DNA of 64,000 nucleotides, taken from Octopus vulgaris (taxonomy: Eukaryota). The notes under the pieces were generated by a model. That model had not been told where the DNA came from and made no database searches. It saw only the letters and a program-made list of their open reading frames with translations. Shown here piece by piece: positions 1 to 12,857 of this stretch (positions within the stretch are counted from its first letter, which is position 1; each line of letters begins with the position of its first letter). The translations under genes were made by a program, and so were the position numbers. The stretch covers positions 144,956,001-145,020,000 of the forward strand of contig OX597815.1 in assembly GCA_951406725.2 (NCBI GenBank). The letters are read 5' to 3'.

Positions 1-519
1 CAGGGGAATTGGTCAATTAAAAGATTCAAGATGGATCGAGGTGGCATGACTCAAGTACTTTGTCGTCTTTCTTACATATCAGCCCTTGGTCACATGACTA
101 GGATCACAAGTCAGGTAAGATGTAGATTGGCTGTTGTTGTTTAACACTAGGCCATCCCTCCTTGAGCAGACCAGTGATTAAAAATACTCTATCCATGACC
201 ATCCTGTCTTTTTATAGATCTAAGACTTCAGTACCCAATGCGTCCCTCCTTTATAATTAATGTAGGGTGTTGCTTGAAAGAATTTAGCTGCTATTTTTAA
301 CAGGTCGGGCCACCCTGTTGAAGTTACTTCTCCAATTTTCTTCTACAAAATCAATTCTGACAAGAACAAACAACTTCAAGTCTAATTTTTCTCCAATGCT
401 TGAAATTCTAGTATTGAATACATTGCTTGATTCCATCTTGTAAATGAATCTCTTTAACTCTTTGATGCCAGTGTCTGAGACTCTTCCTGGTTCCATGGTA
501 TACTGATACACAACTTTTA

Positions 520-930
520 TCATCATCATCATCATCATCATCATTTAACGTCCGTTTTCCATGCTAGCATGGGTTGGACGGTTCGACTGGGGTCTTGTAA
601 GCCATGGAGGCTGCACCAGGCTCCAGTCTGATTTGGCAGTGTTTCTACAGCTGGATGCCCTTCTGAACGTCAACCACTCCGTGAGTGTAGTGGGTGTTTT
701 TTACGTGCCACCGGCACAGGAGCCAGCGCAGGCTGGCAAACGGCTACGATCGGTTGGTGCTTTTACGTGTCACCGACACGGACGCCAGTCAGGCGACGCT
801 AGTAACTGCTATGCTCGAACAGTGCTTTTACGTGTCACTAGCACTGGTGTCTTAACTACAATTACCATTCGAATTTTTGATGTTGACGAACAACAGGTCT
901 CCTCAAGAACAGCGGGTCACTCAACAATCC
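520..930 (-). mobile_element. RTE-type LINE 3' end (5'-truncated); first of dozens of copies in both orientations, e.g. 1220-1550+, 7108-7600-, 8020-8550+, 11030-11552+, 17685-18000-, 20440-20785-, 27820-28232+, 28240-28570-, 31147-31420-, 33600-33852+, 38605-39170-, 41356-41770-, 41934-42130-, 42140-42408+, 44225-44462+, 49720-49997+, 53500-53820-, 54295-54552+, 58780-59005-, 59240-59475+ (approximate bounds)
   Basis: Shared block cgtttaacgtcc...ccatgctggcatgggttgga...ctacagctggatgcccttcctaa beside a (CAT)n/(GAT)n tail. The 60505-61140 copy runs into an RTE ORF C-terminus. Confidence 0.85.
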
Positions 931-2061
931 AAATTAAACTTTTCATCACAATGTTGTAAAGTTAGAAGACTTTGCTTCAAAAACCAGCTTCTTATTCTTT
1001 TAATTTTTTTTACTTGTTTCGGTCATTTGACTGAGACCATGCTGGAGCACCGCCTTTAGTTGAACAAATTGACTTACTCTTTGCATGCCCAGTACTTATT
1101 CTACTGGTCTTTTTTGACGAACCACTAAGTTACAGGAATGTAAACACACCAACACCAGTTATCAAGTGATGGTTGGGGGGACAAACACACATACATACCC
1201 ATACACACCACAGATTTCTGCCTGAGTGGCTCCCATGCTGGTGGCACATAAAAAGTAACACTTGAGTGTGGTTATTGCTAGTGCCGCCTAACTGGCTCCT
1301 GTTCTAGTGGCATGTAAAAAGCACCATTCAAGTGTGGTCAATGCCTGTACCACCTGGCTGGCCCTTTTGCCAGTGGCACGTAAAAAGCATCCACTACACT
1401 CTTGGAGTGGTTGACGTTAGGAAGGGCATCCAGCTGTAGAAACTTTGTCAGATCAGATTGGAGTCTGGTGCAGCCTTCTGGCTTGCCAGCCCATAGTCAA
1501 ACCGTCCAGCCCATGCCAGCATGGAAAGCGGAAATTAAACGATGACGAAGACAGGCTTCTTTCAGTTTCCATCTACCAAATCCACTCACAAGGCTTCAGT
1601 TGGCCCGAGGCTATAGTAGAAGACACGTGCCCAAGGTGCCATGCAGTGGGACTGAATCCAGAACCATGTGGTTGGGAAGCAAGCTTCTTACCACACAGCC
1701 ACTCCTGCTTAATAATAAAAATTTTATTTTTCATCACCACTGCCATAATCCTCACCCCCAACCCCACCACCATCATCAGTATTGCTTTTCTTCTGCTTTT
1801 CATGCTGGCTTGGGTCGGTCAGGTTGTCATAGTGTGAGTCAGATCCTACACAGAGCTTTGCTCTCCTGGTCATGTTGGAGGACCATGTCTTGCTTGCTTG
1901 CTTGTTCTCTTTTGGTCAGGTTTCTCTGACTGGATACCCCTCCTAACACCTACCAGACTGTACTGAGTGCATTTTACTGTACTGGCACCAGTACTAGTGA
2001 GGTTACCTTGTACCTCATAAGACAAAAGGGACCTCAATACCCTTCATTGTCTCTCTTTGTG

Positions 2062-2124
2062 CAGGTGTTATTCAAATCATTTCGAAACATATGTTGGATG
2101 TATAAAAGATTTGAATAACACCTG
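2062..2124. mobile_element. Miniature Tc1/mariner-type MITE remnant (17-bp perfect TIRs, 29-nt spacer)
   Basis: caggtgttattcaaatc ... gatttgaataacacctg, followed by TA (left flank TG). Confidence 0.55.
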
Positions 2125-2297
2125 TATTTGACTCTGTTTCTTAATTTATCCATGGTATACAAAAACATTTTACTGAACCCTGGAATTTCTACCTTTATAA
2201 ATAGGCTGTAATATCCTTATCACATATTTGAATTTTTGTTACTCTGGTAACTATTCATTTATTTTTTCCTTGCTATTTGTGCACATTGAATATATAT

Positions 2298-2681
2298 GGA
2301 AGCACTCCGTTGGTTACGACGACGAGGGTTCCGGTTGATCCGAATCAACGGAACAGCTTGCTCGTGAAATTAACATGTAAGTGGCTGAGCACTCCACAGA
2401 CATGTGTACCCTTAACGTAGTTCTCGGAGATATTCAGCGTGACACAGAGAGTGACAAGGCCGGCCCTTTGAAATACAGGTACAACAGAAACAGAAAGTAA
2501 GAGTGAGAGAAAGTTGTGGTGAAAGAGTACAGCAGGGATCACCACCATCCCCTGCCGGAGCCTCGTGGAGCTTTAGGTGTTTTCGCTCAATAAACACTCA
2601 CAACGCCCGGTCTGGGAATCGAAACCGCGATCCTATTACCGCGAGTCTGCTGCCCTAACCACTGGGCCATTGCACCTCCAC
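2298..2681 (-). mobile_element. Full-length tRNA-derived SINE with 11-bp TSD; related copies ~26020-26290, 32190-32390, 33915-34100, 35285-36430
   Basis: Minus-strand A box TGGCCCAGTGG (2659-2669) and B box GGTTTCGATTCC (2615-2626); TSD tgaatatatat at 2287-2297 and 2682-2692; CpGs retained. Confidence 0.85.
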
Positions 2682-2699
2682 TGAATATATATATATATG

Positions 2700-2887
2700 A
2701 TGTGTTATGAATTTATGGAAAGAAGTCCCATAAAACTCAACAATTTTGTTAAAAATAGAGAAGAGAAGATGTTAAAATATATAAGAGAATTTTAAAATTC
2801 TCTTATATATTTTAACATCTTCTCTTCTCTATTTTTAACAAAATTGTTGAGTTTTATGGGATTTCTTTCCATATATTCACAACACAT
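2700..2887. repeat. Spacer-less palindrome, 94-bp arms, 3 mismatches
   Basis: Centre between 2793 and 2794 (gagaatttt|aaaattctc); perfect from 2726 to 2861. Confidence 0.95.
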
Positions 2888-3129
2888 TACATACAAGTAT
2901 TATTTTCATATTCACAAATTTATGCCAGTAAGCTACCAGCAAAATATGAAGAATTAATATTAGGAATCTTTTTTGGAATCCTCCAAATTAAAGGAGGAGT
3001 CTAATTCAACTTTTTTGCATCTATATATATCATCATCATCGTCGTTTAATGTCCGCTTTCCATGCTAGCATGGGTTGGACGATTTTGACTGAGGGCTGGT
3101 GAACCAGATGGCTGCACATGTGGAAAATG

Positions 3130-3620
3130 GATTTTCCACATGTACACATTGTAATAACAATAACAATTGAAAAAATTAAAGCTCCCAATAGGGGAGGCGC
3201 TTTAAGGTCCTCTTGGAAAACCCCACAAAAGCCACGGGTGCCTGAACAACAGGCTAAGAGCCCTTCTCCTTTGATTCCTTTTTTACAGGTGCAAGCTCAG
3301 AATTGGTCCTTTTACACTGGCCATTCTTCTAACATTCCCCTACCTTTCAACAAACTTACTACAAGGCAACACTTCCCTCTCCACCTTCAATTTACTTCTC
3401 AAGTGAAACTTGAAAATGCTGTTGAGGGCTTGACCAAAGAGGAAAGTGTCTGTCTTTAGCCCTTTCAAACGGGTTCACCATACTACCTCTTTTGTTACAG
3501 CTACTAGACAAATAAAAATTGCTTGCCCCTCCCAGCCAAAGGAGGTTGGCGGGGCAATCTTCACAATGGCTTCAGCAGATATCCAGATTCGTCCTACACG
3601 TGACTGCAGGTGTTCAACAT
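3130..3620 (-). mobile_element. Degenerate L1/Tx1-like LINE ORF2 C-terminal fragment
   Basis: Minus-strand reading ...AIFICLVAVTKEVVW*TRLKG...FKFHLRSKLKVE resembles the L1/Tx1 C-terminal K..IW..R region; contains stops. Confidence 0.45.
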
Positions 3621-4090
3621 AAATTTAATACTAATAATAATAATGCTTTCTACTGGAGGTACAAGGCCTCAAATTAGTAGGGAGAGGACTAGTCTATTAC
3701 ATCGACCCCGAAAGGATGAAAGGCAAAGTCAACGTTGGTGGAATTTGAACTCAGAACGTAGCAGCAGATGAACTACCGCTAAGCATTTTGCCCATTGTGC
3801 TAACGATTTTGCCAGCTCACTGCCTTAATAATAATAATAATAATAATAGTAATCCTTTCTGCTAAAAGGTGCAGGACCTGAAATTTAGGAGGAGGGAACT
3901 AGTTGATTAAATTGACCCAAGTGTTTCACTGATACTTAATTTATCGACCCTGAAAAGATGAAAGGCAAGGTCAACTTCTGCGGAATTTGAACAGAGAACA
4001 AGAAGACACATGAAATATCATTAAGCCTTTTGTCCAGCATGCTAATGATTCTGCTAGTTTATTGCCTTTGATGGTGATAATAATAATAGT

Positions 4091-4325
4091 AAGGCGGTGA
4101 GCTGGCAGAAACGTTAGCACGCCGGGCGAAATGCTTAGTGGTATTTTGTCTGCCGCTATGTTCTGAGTTCAAATTCTGCCTAGGTTGACTTTGCCTTTCA
4201 TCCTTTCGGGGTCGATTAAATAAGTACCAGTTACGCACTGGGGTCAATATAATTGACTTAATCTGTTTGTCTGTCTTTGTTTGTCATTTCTGTGTTTAGC
4301 CCCTTGTGGGTAGTAAAGAAATAAA
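4091..4325 (+). mobile_element. tRNA-derived SINE with conserved central domain (gcctttcatcctttcggggtcgat-aagtaccag), usually in (AAT)n tracts; other copies 3650-3830-, 3850-4075-, 6065-6240+, 6287-6500+, 27355-27570+, 27610-27800+, 43836-44065+
   Basis: A-box-like agctggcagaa, B box gagttcaaattc; central motif resembles Meta/Sauria-type SINE domains (family assignment tentative). Confidence 0.75.
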
Positions 4326-4480
4326 TAATGGTTGTAGTAAAAATTACTTATGACTCACTAGTAGTTAGTTATTTGTTGATTCAATAATAAATTGAACATA
4401 ATGATGATAATGATCCTTGTTATCAGAATCATTTAACGTCCATGTTCAATGCTGGCATGGGTTGAATGCTGTGTATATGA

Positions 4481-4681
<201 letters not shown>

Positions 4682-6538
4682 TAAACATCTGAAACTAAAG
4701 TTTGTTTTACTCTCTTTATATGTAAATGAAATTTATTTAACATATTGCAAAAAAAAAAAAAAAAAAACTAAAGAAGAAATTACATGACAGTAAAATTGTC
4801 CATTTTCCATGCTGGCTTAGCTTGGACAGCTTAACAGCAGCCAACAAGCCAGAGGACTGCACCAAGCTCCAATGTCTGCTTTGGCATTATTTTTATAACT
4901 GGAACAGTACTTGGTGAGGAATTTAGTCTGAAAGGATGCCATCTTAGAGACTTTGTTTTTTAAAAATGCAATATTCTTTAAATGGTGTCAGTAACTGACA
5001 CTGGTGTTTTGGTGTGACAGATACCACCTCAATCATTTGGAGCTACTTGAAAACTTCTGTTCTTATACAGAAATCAACAAATAAAACAGTTGTTGGATGT
5101 GTGCAGTAGCTTGTCAGGCTGATGTCAAAGTCCAGTCCAACGACAAAATTTGGAGCATGTTGTGTTTTTAAGACAATGAAGCCTCTAGGGGAAGAAGTTG
5201 TTCTCCACTAAATCCCACAATAAGTGTAGTTCTACATTTCTGTGTATATGACTGCAAGATTATGAACTCCAAGGGAGCAGCTTTATGCTAGGAGATAAAA
5301 GTATAAGGAGCCACATTAAAACAGGTTTTTTGCTGTGGTGGAGATACATGACTGCTCACATTTGAGAAATGAGGGTGTAAGTGATTGGGGTGGCGCTGGG
5401 AAGGGATAAAAAGAGTGGGGCCCAGTTAGAATTTTCTTCAGGTCAAGTAGCCCATACTACTCAAAAGGTTCCTGAATAAGTTTTGTTTAAGGATCATGAA
5501 CAAAACAGCCATGTTTCCAGAGGTGAATTATTCAAACTCCAAAGAATTCCTCTGAATACATGGCTACAATGTTCCTCCACTACTCCTGCTTGCGATCAGA
5601 AATGCACATATCAACAGCTACTAAGGGACATGCTCAGCTGGTTACGGTCAAGCAAATGACAAAGAAATCTGTGGTATTGAGCAGAATATTTAGTATAGCC
5701 CATTTTTTTATACCAAGACAAAACATGTACATGTTAACATTTCCAATCAGTTAAGCTCAGAAGCCATGAGAGCCACTGTCTGATATTGCATCAGAGCATT
5801 TGTAGAGCTTACTTTCAAAACCAGATCTATGCTTGAGAATGACTTTTGTGTAATAGTTTAAAACAACAACTTAAATACATCTGACTATGATTGGAAGACT
5901 AAGATTTGCCTCCTGTCTATATGGCATCTATCCCAGTTTGACTAAAAAATATTTCACGTGCATGAAGCCAGCAGTTTGTAGATTGTGTTTTAATGGTTAT
6001 CATGAAATCAACCAAATATGCACTTAAACCAGTTTTGAAAGCAAGCTCCTGATTTATTAATTATTGAGGTGGTGAACTGGCAGAATTGTTATCATGCTTA
6101 ACAAAATGCTTTGCAGAATTTCATCAGTTTTTATAGTCTGATTTTAAATTCTGTTGAGGTTAACTTTGTCTTTAAGGGGTCGATGTAATTAATTTACTTA
6201 TTCACTTGAAATTGCTAGCCTTGTTCCTATAGTAGAAAGGATTGTTGTTATTGTTATTATTTTTATTATTATAATAATAATAATAAGAGTGGTAAGCTGG
6301 CATAAATGTTAGCACACTGGGCGAAATGCTTAGCGGCATTTCGTCTGTCTTTATGTTCTGAGTTCAAATTCCGCTGAGGTCGACTTTACCTTTCATCCTT
6401 TCAGAGTCGATACATTAAGTACCAGTTGCATACTGGAGTCGATCTAATCAACTGGCCTCCTCCCCAAAAATTTCGGGCCTTGTGCCTCGAGTAGAATAGA
6501 TTATTATTATTATTATTATTATTATATTGTCATTTTAG

Positions 6539-6701
6539 TCCTGTGGATTGGTGAAAAATCTTGCTCTTATGACTCATGTGACAACAGATTTAAATGAAGC
6601 ACCGATAATACGACTTGCCTTCAATCTTGGAGTTGAAGACATCCAGCTTCTCAGCGGGGAAGAAATGTCCAGTGATTTAGTGTATCTCGTTTTTCTAAAT
6701 G
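6539..6701 (+). CDS. POLR3B: POLR3B exon (163 nt): [54 protein letters not shown](G)
   Basis: ttttag| ... |gtgagt; phase 0 in, phase 1 out; continues the TPEGE-xCGLVKNL motif in frame. Confidence 0.97.
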
Positions 6702-8590
6702 GTGAGTAGTTTTGGTTTTTGTTTTTTTTTTGTTACCAACTTCTACATCTTTCTTTTTTCTATTTTATGTGTTTTTTAAAAAAAATATTATTTAAGTATT
6801 AATAATATTCGGTTTAGTTCCATTGTGTGGCATCTTGGACAGGTATCTTCTGCTAAAGCCCCTGATGATTTGGTAGAAACTGTGTAGAAGCCTATTGTAT
6901 ATATTGTTTTAACATCTACTTTTCCACTTTTCCATACTTGCATGAGTTGGCCAGCGGTTATTCAGGCAGATTTTCAACAATTTCATGCCCTTTCTGTTGC
7001 CAACATTATCATCATCATCATTATCATCAGTTGTCTGATTTCCATGCTGGCATGGGTTAGATGGCTTGACTGGAACTGGTAAGCTGGAGAGCTGCACCAT
7101 GCTCTACTCATCATCATCGTTTAATGTCCGCTTTCCATGCTGGCATGGGTTGGACAGTTTGACTGAGGACTGGTGAGCCAGAAGGCTGCCCCAGGCTCAG
7201 TCTGATCTGGTAAAGTTTCTACAGCTGGATGCTCTTCTTAATGCCGACCACTCCGAGAGTGTAGTGGGTGCTTTTACTTGACACTGGCATGAGGGCTAAT
7301 CAGGAGGTTCTGGCAGTGACCACACTCAAAAGGTGTTTTTTACGTGCTACCTGCACAGGAGCCAATCTGGTGGCACTGGCAACGACCACACTCAAATGTT
7401 GTTTTTCACGTGCCACCGTCACTTGTTCTGGTAAGGCGATGCTGGCAACAATCAATCTGTGGCTCTGGCAACGATCACGCTTGGATGTGCTTTTAATGTT
7501 TCACTAGCATGAGTGCCAATCAGACAGTGCTGTCATTGGCCATGTCAGCGATTTTGATTTGATTTCACTTGCCTCAATAGGTCTTTGCAAGCAAAGTTTA
7601 TTGTCCAGCCAGACATGTTTTCGCTGAGTATTAGAAATGACGGACACTGTTTTTATGACAGTGATACTCGTTTACAACTATGATACAATATCAAAATAAA
7701 GAAACACACACACCATGAGGGTTCTTTCAGTCTCTGTTGACCGTATCCACTGATAAGGCCTCAGTTTGCTTGGTACTATAACAAAAGACATATCCTAGGT
7801 GCTATGCATTGGAACTGAACCTGAAACCATGTAGTTAGGAAGCAAGCTTCTTAACTACACATATTTTCAATATAGAAACATTCCCCCTTGTTACATAAGT
7901 ATTGTGCTCTTGAAAATCTTACTGCAACAAAGCAAAATATACTTTCCTATTGAATCTATGTTTATTAACTCTCACATTACAAAAACGTCAATGAGGAAAA
8001 TATGTTTTGCATCCTAGCTTCTGTGCTGGTGACACATAAAAAGCATCATTCAAGTGTGGTCAATGCCAGTACTGTCTGACTGGCTCTTGTGCCGGTGACA
8101 CATAAAAAGCACCATTCAAGCATGGTTGTTGCCAGTGCTGCCTAACTGGCTCCCATGCTGGTGGCATGTAAACAGCACCATTCATGTGTGGTCAGTGCCA
8201 GTGCCGCCTGACTGGCTCCCATGCTGGTGGCACATAAAAAGCATCATTCAAGTGTTGTTGATGCCATTGCTGCCTGACTGGCCCTTGTGTGGGTGGCTTG
8301 TAAAAAGCACCATTCAAGCGTGGTCGATGCCAGTACTGCTTGACTGACTCCTGTGCTGGTGGCATGTAAAAAGCATCCACTACACTCTCGGAGTGGTTGG
8401 TGTTAGGAAGGGCATCCAGCTGTAGAAACATTGCCAGATAAGATTGGAGCCTGGTGCAGCCTCCTGGCTTGCCAGTCCTCAGTCAAACCATCCAACCAAT
8501 GTCAACATGGAAAGCAGACGTTAAACAATGACGATAATAATGATGATGATGAACTCCATGATTTAGCAACATTTCCATGACTCTGGAATA

Positions 8591-8730
8591 TTTACATTAT
8601 TTACATTTGACGGATATTTGTCCTCATCTTTTTTGTTAACACGTTTCGGCTGATATATCCTCTAGCCCTCTTCAGATGTCTTGGGGAAATTTTGAACCTG
8701 GGTTCCCATTCCTAAGGTATTTTTTGATGC

Positions 8731-8762
<32 letters not shown>

Positions 8763-9054
8763 TCACTGCCTGGAATTGATCTCGGAATCTTGGGGTTAGT
8801 AGCCCGCACTCTTAACCACTATGCCATATGCCCACAGGTGTGTAGCATAGTGGTTAAGAGCACAGGCTACTAACCCTAAGATTCCGATTTTGATTTCAGA
8901 CAGTGACCTGAATAATAATAATAATAACATCGAAAAATACCTTAGGAATGAGAACCCAGGTATATCAGCCAAAGAATGCTGGAGGGTATATCAGCTGAAA
9001 CGTTAACAACAAACAAGATGAGGACAAATATCTGTTGAATGTAAATAATATAAA
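8591..9054. mobile_element. Head-to-head inverted pair of the tRNA-head/hammerhead-tail element (family A): minus copy 8591-8833, plus copy ~8837-9054
   Basis: Both arms share the head ggcatatggcrtagtggttaagagc...ctactaaccccaagattccgagttcgattcc, an (AAT)n linker and the tail ...cagccgaaacg...gatgaggacaaatatccgtcaaatgtaaat. Confidence 0.85.
8638..8680 (-). ncRNA. Degenerate minimal hammerhead motif (family A), cleavage triplet deleted
   Basis: Minus strand: GACAT CTGAAGA G GGCTA gaggatatat CAGCC GAAA C GTGTT (lacks the GTT present in the 33288 copy). Confidence 0.6.
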
Positions 9055-9430
9055 TAATGAACTTAATGCTTTGTCTGGTTTAACAAACCACCTAGTATAT
9101 TGGGTGCTTTTAGCACTGTCCATTCTGCTGCAAGCACTTGGGTTAGATTTCTAGTTTGCGGGCTCTTTCCTCCCTTCCGCTAGTTCCTGATACCCTGTTA
9201 AAGGTCAAGGATATTGCCTTCCCACCTGACTAAAATGATAAAAATAAACGAAATTCTTTTACATCATCATCATCATTATCATTTAACATCTGCTTTCCAT
9301 GCTGGCATGGGTTGGATGGTTTGGATGGGTCTGATATGATCTGGCAAGGTTTCTACAGCCTGATGCCCTTCCTAACGCCAAATCTTGTTTTATAAAGTCT
9401 TTTTATTTTATTTTATTTTGTTTTATTCAG

Positions 9431-9584
9431 GTAACATTCTTGGTGTTATTCGTGATTACCGTCGTCTCATTAACACATTCCGTCTCATGAGACGAGCAGG
9501 TTACATCAGTGAGTTTGTTTCGGTCTATCCCAACCATAAACACAGGTGTGTCTATATTGCAACAGATGGTGGAAGATTGTGCAG
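9431..9584 (+). CDS. POLR3B: POLR3B exon (154 nt): (G)[50 protein letters not shown](R)
   Basis: ttattcag| ... |gtgagt; phases match both neighbours; overlaps ORF 9385..9588; DGGRLCRP motif. Confidence 0.97.
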
Positions 9585-10269
9585 GTGAGTAGTTTCCTTA
9601 TATTCAGCTTAGATAATTTCTGTGTGTCATCATCATCATCTTTTAATGTCCACTTTTCCATATTGGCATGGGTCAGATGGAATTTGCCTTGGCAGATTTT
9701 TTTTTATGGGTAAATGCTTTTCCCGTCACCAATCCTCCTGTTTCCAAGCAAAGTAATATTTCTCTGTGACCAGACGCAGAAGACTGGAAATAAATAACAT
9801 CTCTTGTATGACAGTGATGCTCATTTGCAACCATCACGTGATATCAAGACAAGGCCGCATGTGCATGCATGCACACACCTGCCTGCAGTGGGACAGAACC
9901 CAAGACTGCAAGGTTAGGAAGCAATGTTAACTACCCAGCCATGCCTGTGCCACTGTAAAAGTAATCTCCTGGTGAGCTGAGTCTGCAACCCTTGTTTCAT
10001 TTCCTGGTTATGATGATTTCATTTTGGTCATCCTGTTTCTGTAAAGAAGTAGTTTACAAAGTAAGGGTTTATTGTAAATTCAACAATACTCTTTTGCCAT
10101 TGGTCCCAACCAACCATGGCAGAAGACAGCAGCAGTCAGTATCTGCTTCCCAGATATTGGCAATGTAAATAATCCTGTAACTGTAGGGTTTAAGGGATTG
10201 TGACCTTTAGATAATGGGGCTGCTGTGGGAGTGATGGTTGGTGTAATTTCCATAGTCCTGGTTAAACTA

Positions 10270-10490
10270 CTGTATTTTAACATGTATAAAGAACCCTTTT
10301 TTGTCAAAAATATAGTTAAAAAATATTGGAGTTTCTTATACATGGATAGTGTTATAATCCATGTATAAGAAACTCCCCTATTTTTTTAACCTAATTTTTT
10401 AGCCCTTACAAAACCGTTTTTCCAAATTTTAAGCCCCCAGAGTTAGGGGGTTCCTTATACAAAGGGTTCCTTATACACATCAAAATACGC
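10270..10490. mobile_element. Tc1/mariner/pogo-type MITE with TA flanks
   Basis: ta|ctgtattttaacatgtataaagaaccc ... gggttccttatacacatcaaaatacgc|ta imperfect TIRs. Confidence 0.55.
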
Positions 10491-11921
10491 TACTTGTAGT
10501 ACGTGTGACCTCGTTAAATTCCTTGCAGTATTTAGTTACCTCCCTTTACCTTCTGAGTCTAATTGCACTACTGTCACCAATGTTTTTCGTCCTTTAGGGG
10601 TGGGGTAGTCAGATTATATGTGAGATGATAAAATAAGTACCAGTCAAATATTAGGGTTATTAGGCACTTATTATATTCCCCCTCCCCACCTCCTTCAGCA
10701 GTTTTATTACATCTGTTTTGTGGTAAGAGTCATTGACAACCCTGGGGGATTGGAAGAATGGACTCTTATAAAGAGTAGCATCTTGGTTGAGATGAGAGGT
10801 TCAGTAGGAGTCGTAAGAGTCGGTGTGTTAGTTCTGCATTGAACTCGTGCTGAACCCGTAAGTTGCCGTAATGGTAGGTGTTCAAATTACTGTGTGGTGG
10901 TCCCATCGCTAGAATGTTGTAGGGGTTTGATTTTCATCATTGTTTAACGTCTGTTTTCCATGCTGGCATGGGTTGGACGGTTTGGCTGAGGTTCATTTAT
11001 TTATAATACTTATTTACTTATAACTCTTGAGAAAACCTGTTCAGTCAAGTAAAACCAATATTGTAGCTGTGGCCAGTGCCCCCTGACTGGCTCCCGTGCC
11101 AGTGGCACATAAAAAGCACTATCCAAATGTGGCCAATGCCAGTACCCTGTAATTGGCCCCTGTGCTGGTGGCACGTAAAAAGCACTATCCGAAGGTGATC
11201 GATGCCAGACCTGCCTGACTGGCTCTTGTGCTGGTGGTACATAAAAAGCACTATCCGAATGTGGCCAATGCCAGTACCCTGTAACTAGCCCCCGTGCTGG
11301 TGGCACGTAAAAAGCACTATCTGAACGTGATTGAGGCCAGTGCTGCCTGACTGGCCCCGGTGCCAGTGACATGTATAAAGCACCCACTACACTCTCAGAG
11401 TGGTTGGTGTTAGGAAGGGCATCCAGCTGTAGAGACTTTGCCAGATCAGATTGGAGACTGGTGCAGCCACTGGCTTTCCAGACCTCAGTCAAACTGTCCA
11501 ACCCATGCCAGCATGGAAAATGGACGTTAAACGATGATGGTGATGATGATGACTCCAAGAAAGCTTGTCAGGCCATTGAGTGTTCATTGTTTGAAAGACT
11601 TAAGGAAAAATTACCTTAGGTGGAAACAGGTGAAGATTGATGCCTTAAAGAGCATCTGACCATAGAGAAACCTCTCTCAACAAAGAATCTTCTGACCCAT
11701 GCAACCACAAAATATGTAGACATTAAACAGTGATGGTGATGATTTACTATTTTGACATGGTACACAACTAGCAGACCACTATTTTAATTAGTGACATGAA
11801 ATAATTGTAATAAAAAAAACTGAGTGTGTGTTTCTTCATTATTACTAAATTTTACACTCTAAGAATTTTACCTAAGTTTGGAATATTTTATAATTGAAAT
11901 GGTTGACTTCTATTTTCGCAG

Positions 11922-11996
11922 ACCTTACATCATTGTCAAGAAAAGCATCCCTCTGGTTACCAATAAACATATTGAAGAACTTTCTCAAGGATTTCG
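11922..11996 (+). CDS. POLR3B: POLR3B exon (75 nt): (R)[24 protein letters not shown](R)
   Basis: ttttcgcag| ... |gtaaat; phase 2/2. Confidence 0.96.
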
Positions 11997-12857
11997 GTAA
12001 ATATTGTTCTATTGTTTCATAAACCTACAGCAGTACACACCTGATACAATCACACAACACGTAAGCATACAACTCGCACATTGTGTGTAAGCAGTACCTA
12101 ATACTTTATTCTATTGGCCCCTGAAAGGATAAACAGTAAAGTTGACCTCAGCTGGATTTGAACCTAAAACATTTTATCTAGTGCCCTTGTAATTCTGTAA
12201 ATCCATCACCCTCTTATTACTGCTAGTGGTGATGATGATGATGGTTTTCTTGCATAGACATCTCTTTATCTTTTACTTGTTTCAGTCATTAGACTGTGGC
12301 CATGCTGGGGCACACCACCTTGAAGAATTTTAGTTGAATGTATTGACCCCGTTCGATCTCAAGTCGAACATTTTGACTTATTTTTTTTTTAAGGCCTGGT
12401 ACTTTTTCTATCAGTCTCTTTTGCTGAGGTGCTAAGTTATGGGGACATAAACACACCAACACTGGTTGTCAAGCGTCGATATCATCATCATCATCATTAT
12501 CATCATCATTGTTTAACGTCTGCCTTCCATGCTGGTATGAGCGGAACGGTTTTACAAGAGCTGGCCTGGCATAAGCCTGCACCAGACTTCTGTGAATGTT
12601 TTGGCAGGATTTTTACAGTTGGATGTGCTTCCTAACACCAACTACTCAGTAGACTGATATATTTGCAGGAGTGGCTGTGTAGTATGTAGCTTGCTTACCA
12701 ACCTTGTGGTTCTGGGTTCAGTCCCATTGCTTGGCAACTTGGTCAAGTGTCTTCTACTATAGCCTTGGGCTGACCAAACCCTTGTGAGTGGATTTGGTTG
12801 GCGGAAACTGAAAGAAGCATGTCGTATATATATATATCTATATATATATATATATAT

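Noticed and set aside
9425-9436. AG|GT recursive-splice-like acceptors (also at 41123 and 52913)
   Set aside because: The GT is explained by the coding sequence, and the resulting donors (GTAACA, GTTTTG, GTATCG) are weak.
11010-11558. 182-aa ORF with 22-aa repeats, and the many similar LQLDALPNANH / LGRASSCRN ORFs
   Set aside because: Open frames through the non-coding RTE 3'UTR and its 66-bp unit; the frame is not kept between copies.
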